Assembly: GCA_030648055.1 (NCBI GenBank)
Contig: JAUSHI010000007.1
Span: forward strand, 1-47,620
Length of the DNA: 47,620 bases
Direction of reading: 5' to 3'
Source: a bacterium
GTDB lineage: Bacteria; Patescibacteriota; Minisyncoccia; Sungbacterales; SURF-37
Of this stretch, positions 45,443-47,620 are shown piece by piece. The first letter of the stretch is position 1, and every line of letters begins with the position of its first letter. The position numbers and the translations under genes were made by a program. Under the pieces are notes generated by a model. That model worked only from the letters and a program-made list of their open reading frames with translations. It did not search any database and was not told where the DNA came from.

Positions 45443-45484
45443 AATCTTCCAAATAGCAAGCGACCGCTTGTTATTTGGAAGATT
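45443..45484 (+). repeat. AAGCGACCGCTT palindrome copy 4
   Basis: AATCTTCCAAATAGCAAGCG-AC-CGCTTGTTATTTGGAAGATT (one G-T pair). Confidence 0.95.
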
Positions 45485-45485
45485 T

Positions 45486-46037
45486 CTAAATAAGCTGGAA
45501 TTTCTTCTTCAAATGAAGCTCATTATCAATATGAAACGCTTCTATAAAACGCACATAGCGGCGCACATCATATAATTCTATAACAAAATCAATCTCTTTC
45601 TTGCACTCATAAGGATGAACAAACACGCTCTTTTGCAACTCCTGCAACCCGAGCTGCCGCAATTTTATTCGCAAAACATCGCGCAATCTTTTTTGCGTTT
45701 CAGGAATATCAAAAAGAATAACACGCCATTTTTGATCCCACCGCGACGGCTTCGGTATCTTCATGTCATCAAACTTATAGCGTAACGCTGTTTTTTGTCC
45801 TTCTCTGTTAAGAACGACAGAAACAGTACCATCCTTATTTTCTTTATAAGATACGAGCTTAGATTCATATAACCGCCGTATTGCTCGGTGTAGCTCCCGA
45901 TTGTCTATTTCTCGCCATTCCCGCGCAACCGCTTTCAAAACTCGTCTATAACGATCTGGTGGCCCTGACAAACTTAAGCCTACGCCTCCAAGCAAAAGAA
46001 GCAAAGTTTTTTGTGTAACAACCCCTAATGTCCGCAT
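45486..46037 (-). CDS. PaaX-like protein: wHTH plus Cas2/VapD-like domain
   Basis: LHRAIRRLYESKLV..LNREG wHTH; WDQKWRVILFDIPE..RDVLR..L..LG..LQKSVFV; start ATG 46037. Confidence 0.85.
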   Translation of the reverse strand: MRTLGVVTQKTLLLLLGGVGLSLSGPPDRYRRVLKAVAREWREIDNRELHRAIRRLYESKLVSYKENKDGTVSVVLNREGQKTALRYKFDDMKIPKPSRWDQKWRVILFDIPETQKRLRDVLRIKLRQLGLQELQKSVFVHPYECKKEIDFVIELYDVRRYVRFIEAFHIDNELHLKKKFQLI

Positions 46038-46056
46038 ATTAAAGTAGTATATTATT

Positions 46057-46100
46057 AAATGTTCCAAATAGAAAGCGACCGCTTTCTATTTGGAACATTT
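46057..46100 (+). repeat. AAGCGACCGCTT palindrome copy 5
   Basis: perfect 21-bp arms AAATGTTCCAAATAGAAAGCG-AC-CGCTTTCTATTTGGAACATTT. Confidence 0.95.
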
Positions 46101-46172
46101 CTATTCGGAGCAAAAATAAACAAAGTGAAAATATTGAGTTTTCTCAAGAATTTTGTTACTCTTTTTTTATCG

Positions 46173-46290
46173 GCCCCATCGTCGCGAGGGCTGAAGCCAA
46201 CTGCTTGGCTTCGGCGGGCGATTTAGCGAACCCTCCGCGGTGAGCGTGAAAAATCGCCCCGGCGATTGCCGAGGAGGCAATCGAGGACAT
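46173..46290. repeat. GC-rich hairpin cluster upstream of tRNA-Glu
   Basis: GAAGCCAA..TTGGCTTC and CGATTGCC..GGCAATCG stems. Confidence 0.35.
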
Positions 46291-46314
46291 GGACATTTCT
46301 TTATAAAAATACTT

Positions 46315-46391
46315 GGCCCTATCGTCTAGCCTGGTTAGGACACAAGCTTTTCAAGCTTGGTACCCGGGTTCAAATCCCGGTGGGGCCACCA
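46315..46391 (+). tRNA. tRNA-Glu(TTC) with encoded CCA
   Basis: GGCCCTA/TGGGGCC acceptor, CAAGC-TTTTCAA-GCTTG anticodon arm, ends ACCA. Confidence 0.95.
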
Positions 46392-47107
46392 ATGAAAAAA
46401 TCCTATATCAAAATAAAGCAACACTATTTCGTTATCTCTTTGTCTTTGTTTTACCCTTTGTTGCTTCATACCTTTATCTGCACTTTGCGGGCATTTTGTC
46501 ATTGTCACCCACCAAATCTCCGGAGTCCTTAACGCTGCCAAAGATCGCAATTCTTCCAAAAAATTTAACAGGCCTTACAATTTTTGGGAAAAATCAAACC
46601 GGATTTATTTATATCTCCGACGAGCTAAAAGAACGAATAACAAACAATATTGAAAATAATGAGAAAATACTTGAAAAAATATTTTTTCCATTTTTATGGT
46701 ACGAATTTGATCTGAATAATAATTTAAAAATTGCAAGCACCAGCGCACCGCAAATTTCTAAAGCCTTAGTTGATATTAAGTGCACACCGACAAACGGAGA
46801 AAGCGTCATCATTCCTTCAGGTTCCAGTAATTGGTTTTTTTCTCGATTAACTACTATAGACAAACTCGATTATGGATGCACTATAAGCCAAGTCCACAGC
46901 AATAAATGGACAGACTTAAACCAAGAAAAGGAGCTCATAATAGAATTCGAGGGTGATTTTAAATTAGACATAAAACCAACTATTTTTAGCCAGTTCGCCG
47001 TGCTTTCGTTTTTCTACTTCCTTATTGCAATTCCTATAGCCAATCTTCTTAGAAAATCTCTTTACGAATTAACTGAATTTGTAAGAGGCCGCCGAAGAAC
47101 CAAATAA
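46392..47107 (+). CDS. AT-rich two-TM membrane protein, apparently frameshifted at an A6 run after the ATG
   Basis: long open frame to 47107 has no start outside the tRNA; ATG 46392 plus one extra A gives MKKILYQNKATLFRYLFVFVLPF. Confidence 0.5.
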
Positions 47108-47252
47108 TTGTTAAACTGCGGCTCTTGATTACAATAATTGAAATACCCATTCAGCCATCACAACTGAAAACTTAAACAGCAAACCGCCCCATTGACCACG
47201 CCGCGAAATAGCGCTAAACAATAAAAAGCGCTCGTTGAAAAAAGGAGGATGT

Positions 47253-47426
47253 ATGGAAAAACATGAGAAAGAAAGATGTCGGAGGGCCCAGCAAAAAGGC
47301 TGGCCCATCCCGACACTGCGCCGCTGTCTGCTTGATGTGGGACACTCTGGCGACCACGATTTTCCGAAAGCGCCAAAGCTTCCGCTCTCCAAGGCCGTCG
47401 GCATCTCGGTCATCAAAGTAAAATAA
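47253..47426 (+). CDS. small hypothetical protein with C/C/H/H motif
   Basis: AGGAGG RBS, ATG 47253; RC..RCLLDVGHSGDH; followed by a terminator. Confidence 0.5.
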   Translation: MEKHEKERCRRAQQKGWPIPTLRRCLLDVGHSGDHDFPKAPKLPLSKAVGISVIKVK

Positions 47427-47444
47427 GAAATCCGAAACAAAAAC

Positions 47445-47470
47445 AAAACTGCCCCCAATGGCAGTTTTTT
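47445..47470 (+). terminator. intrinsic terminator
   Basis: AAAACTGCC/GGCAGTTTTTT. Confidence 0.7.
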
Positions 47471-47563
47471 AATATACCGATTAGTTTCGGCAATTACAAA
47501 GCATTGACAAACAAAAACAATTATGCAATAAATTAAAAGTACATTTACAAAAGAGGAGGGGGC

Positions 47564-47620
47564 ATGAGCACAGATACAGCCATAGTCGTTTCAATCATTG
47601 CTATGCTTGGCATTACTATG
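47564..47620 (+). CDS. start of a membrane/secreted protein, truncated by window end
   Basis: GAGGAGG RBS then MSTDTAIVVSIIAMLGITM. Confidence 0.5.
   Translation, partial: MSTDTAIVVSIIAMLGITM

Noticed and set aside
45486-46067. CRISPR-Cas locus suggested by the Cas2-like domain and 36-bp repeats
   Set aside because: No regularly spaced repeat-spacer array and no cas1 or effector gene; the protein has an N-terminal wHTH typical of PaaX-like proteins
46313-46391. N-terminal extension of the 264-aa ORF
   Set aside because: It is the tRNA-Glu sequence read in frame
1-47620. Alternative genetic code (TGA recoding)
   Set aside because: Conserved genes are full length under the standard code, yraN ends in TGA and prfB keeps its TGA-dependent frameshift
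1-47620. Numerous short ORFs overlapping or antisense to confident genes
   Set aside because: Shadow ORFs without RBS, motifs or independent context

Overview
47.6-kb chromosomal segment, most likely from a Patescibacteria/CPR bacterium (Parcubacteria-like; inferred from gene content, short ValRS, PaaX/Cas2-like and cohesin/dockerin families; TGA is used as a stop). Housekeeping content: rplJ-rplL with an L10 leader, ftsEX, prfB (with +1 frameshift), amidase, msrBA, ECF sigma factor, rny, ymdB, HU, PBP1A, cdd, yraN, gpmI, hsp20, prsW, valS, an aldehyde dehydrogenase, tsaD, five intact tRNAs and a parS-like cluster. No CRISPR array, integrase or transposase is visible. Main unusual signals: (1) a Val-type tRNA split in its anticodon arm by a 189-nt structured insert that contains a complete tRNA-Val(CAC); (2) five co-oriented 34-46-bp palindromes with an invariant AAGCG-AC-CGCTT core and covarying arms, one pair bracketing a wHTH/Cas2-like gene and another pair (long direct repeats) bracketing a PIF1-like helicase inserted between rny and ymdB; (3) a 9.5-kb surface-complex operon (two WxL/pilin-like proteins with a shared C-terminus, DUF916-like partner, dockerin, two cohesins) with an out-of-frame A9 tract and an (AG)12 microsatellite; (4) several other REP/MITE-like palindrome families, some contributing to promoters or coding sequence. 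All family assignments are from motifs read by eye; no searches were run.
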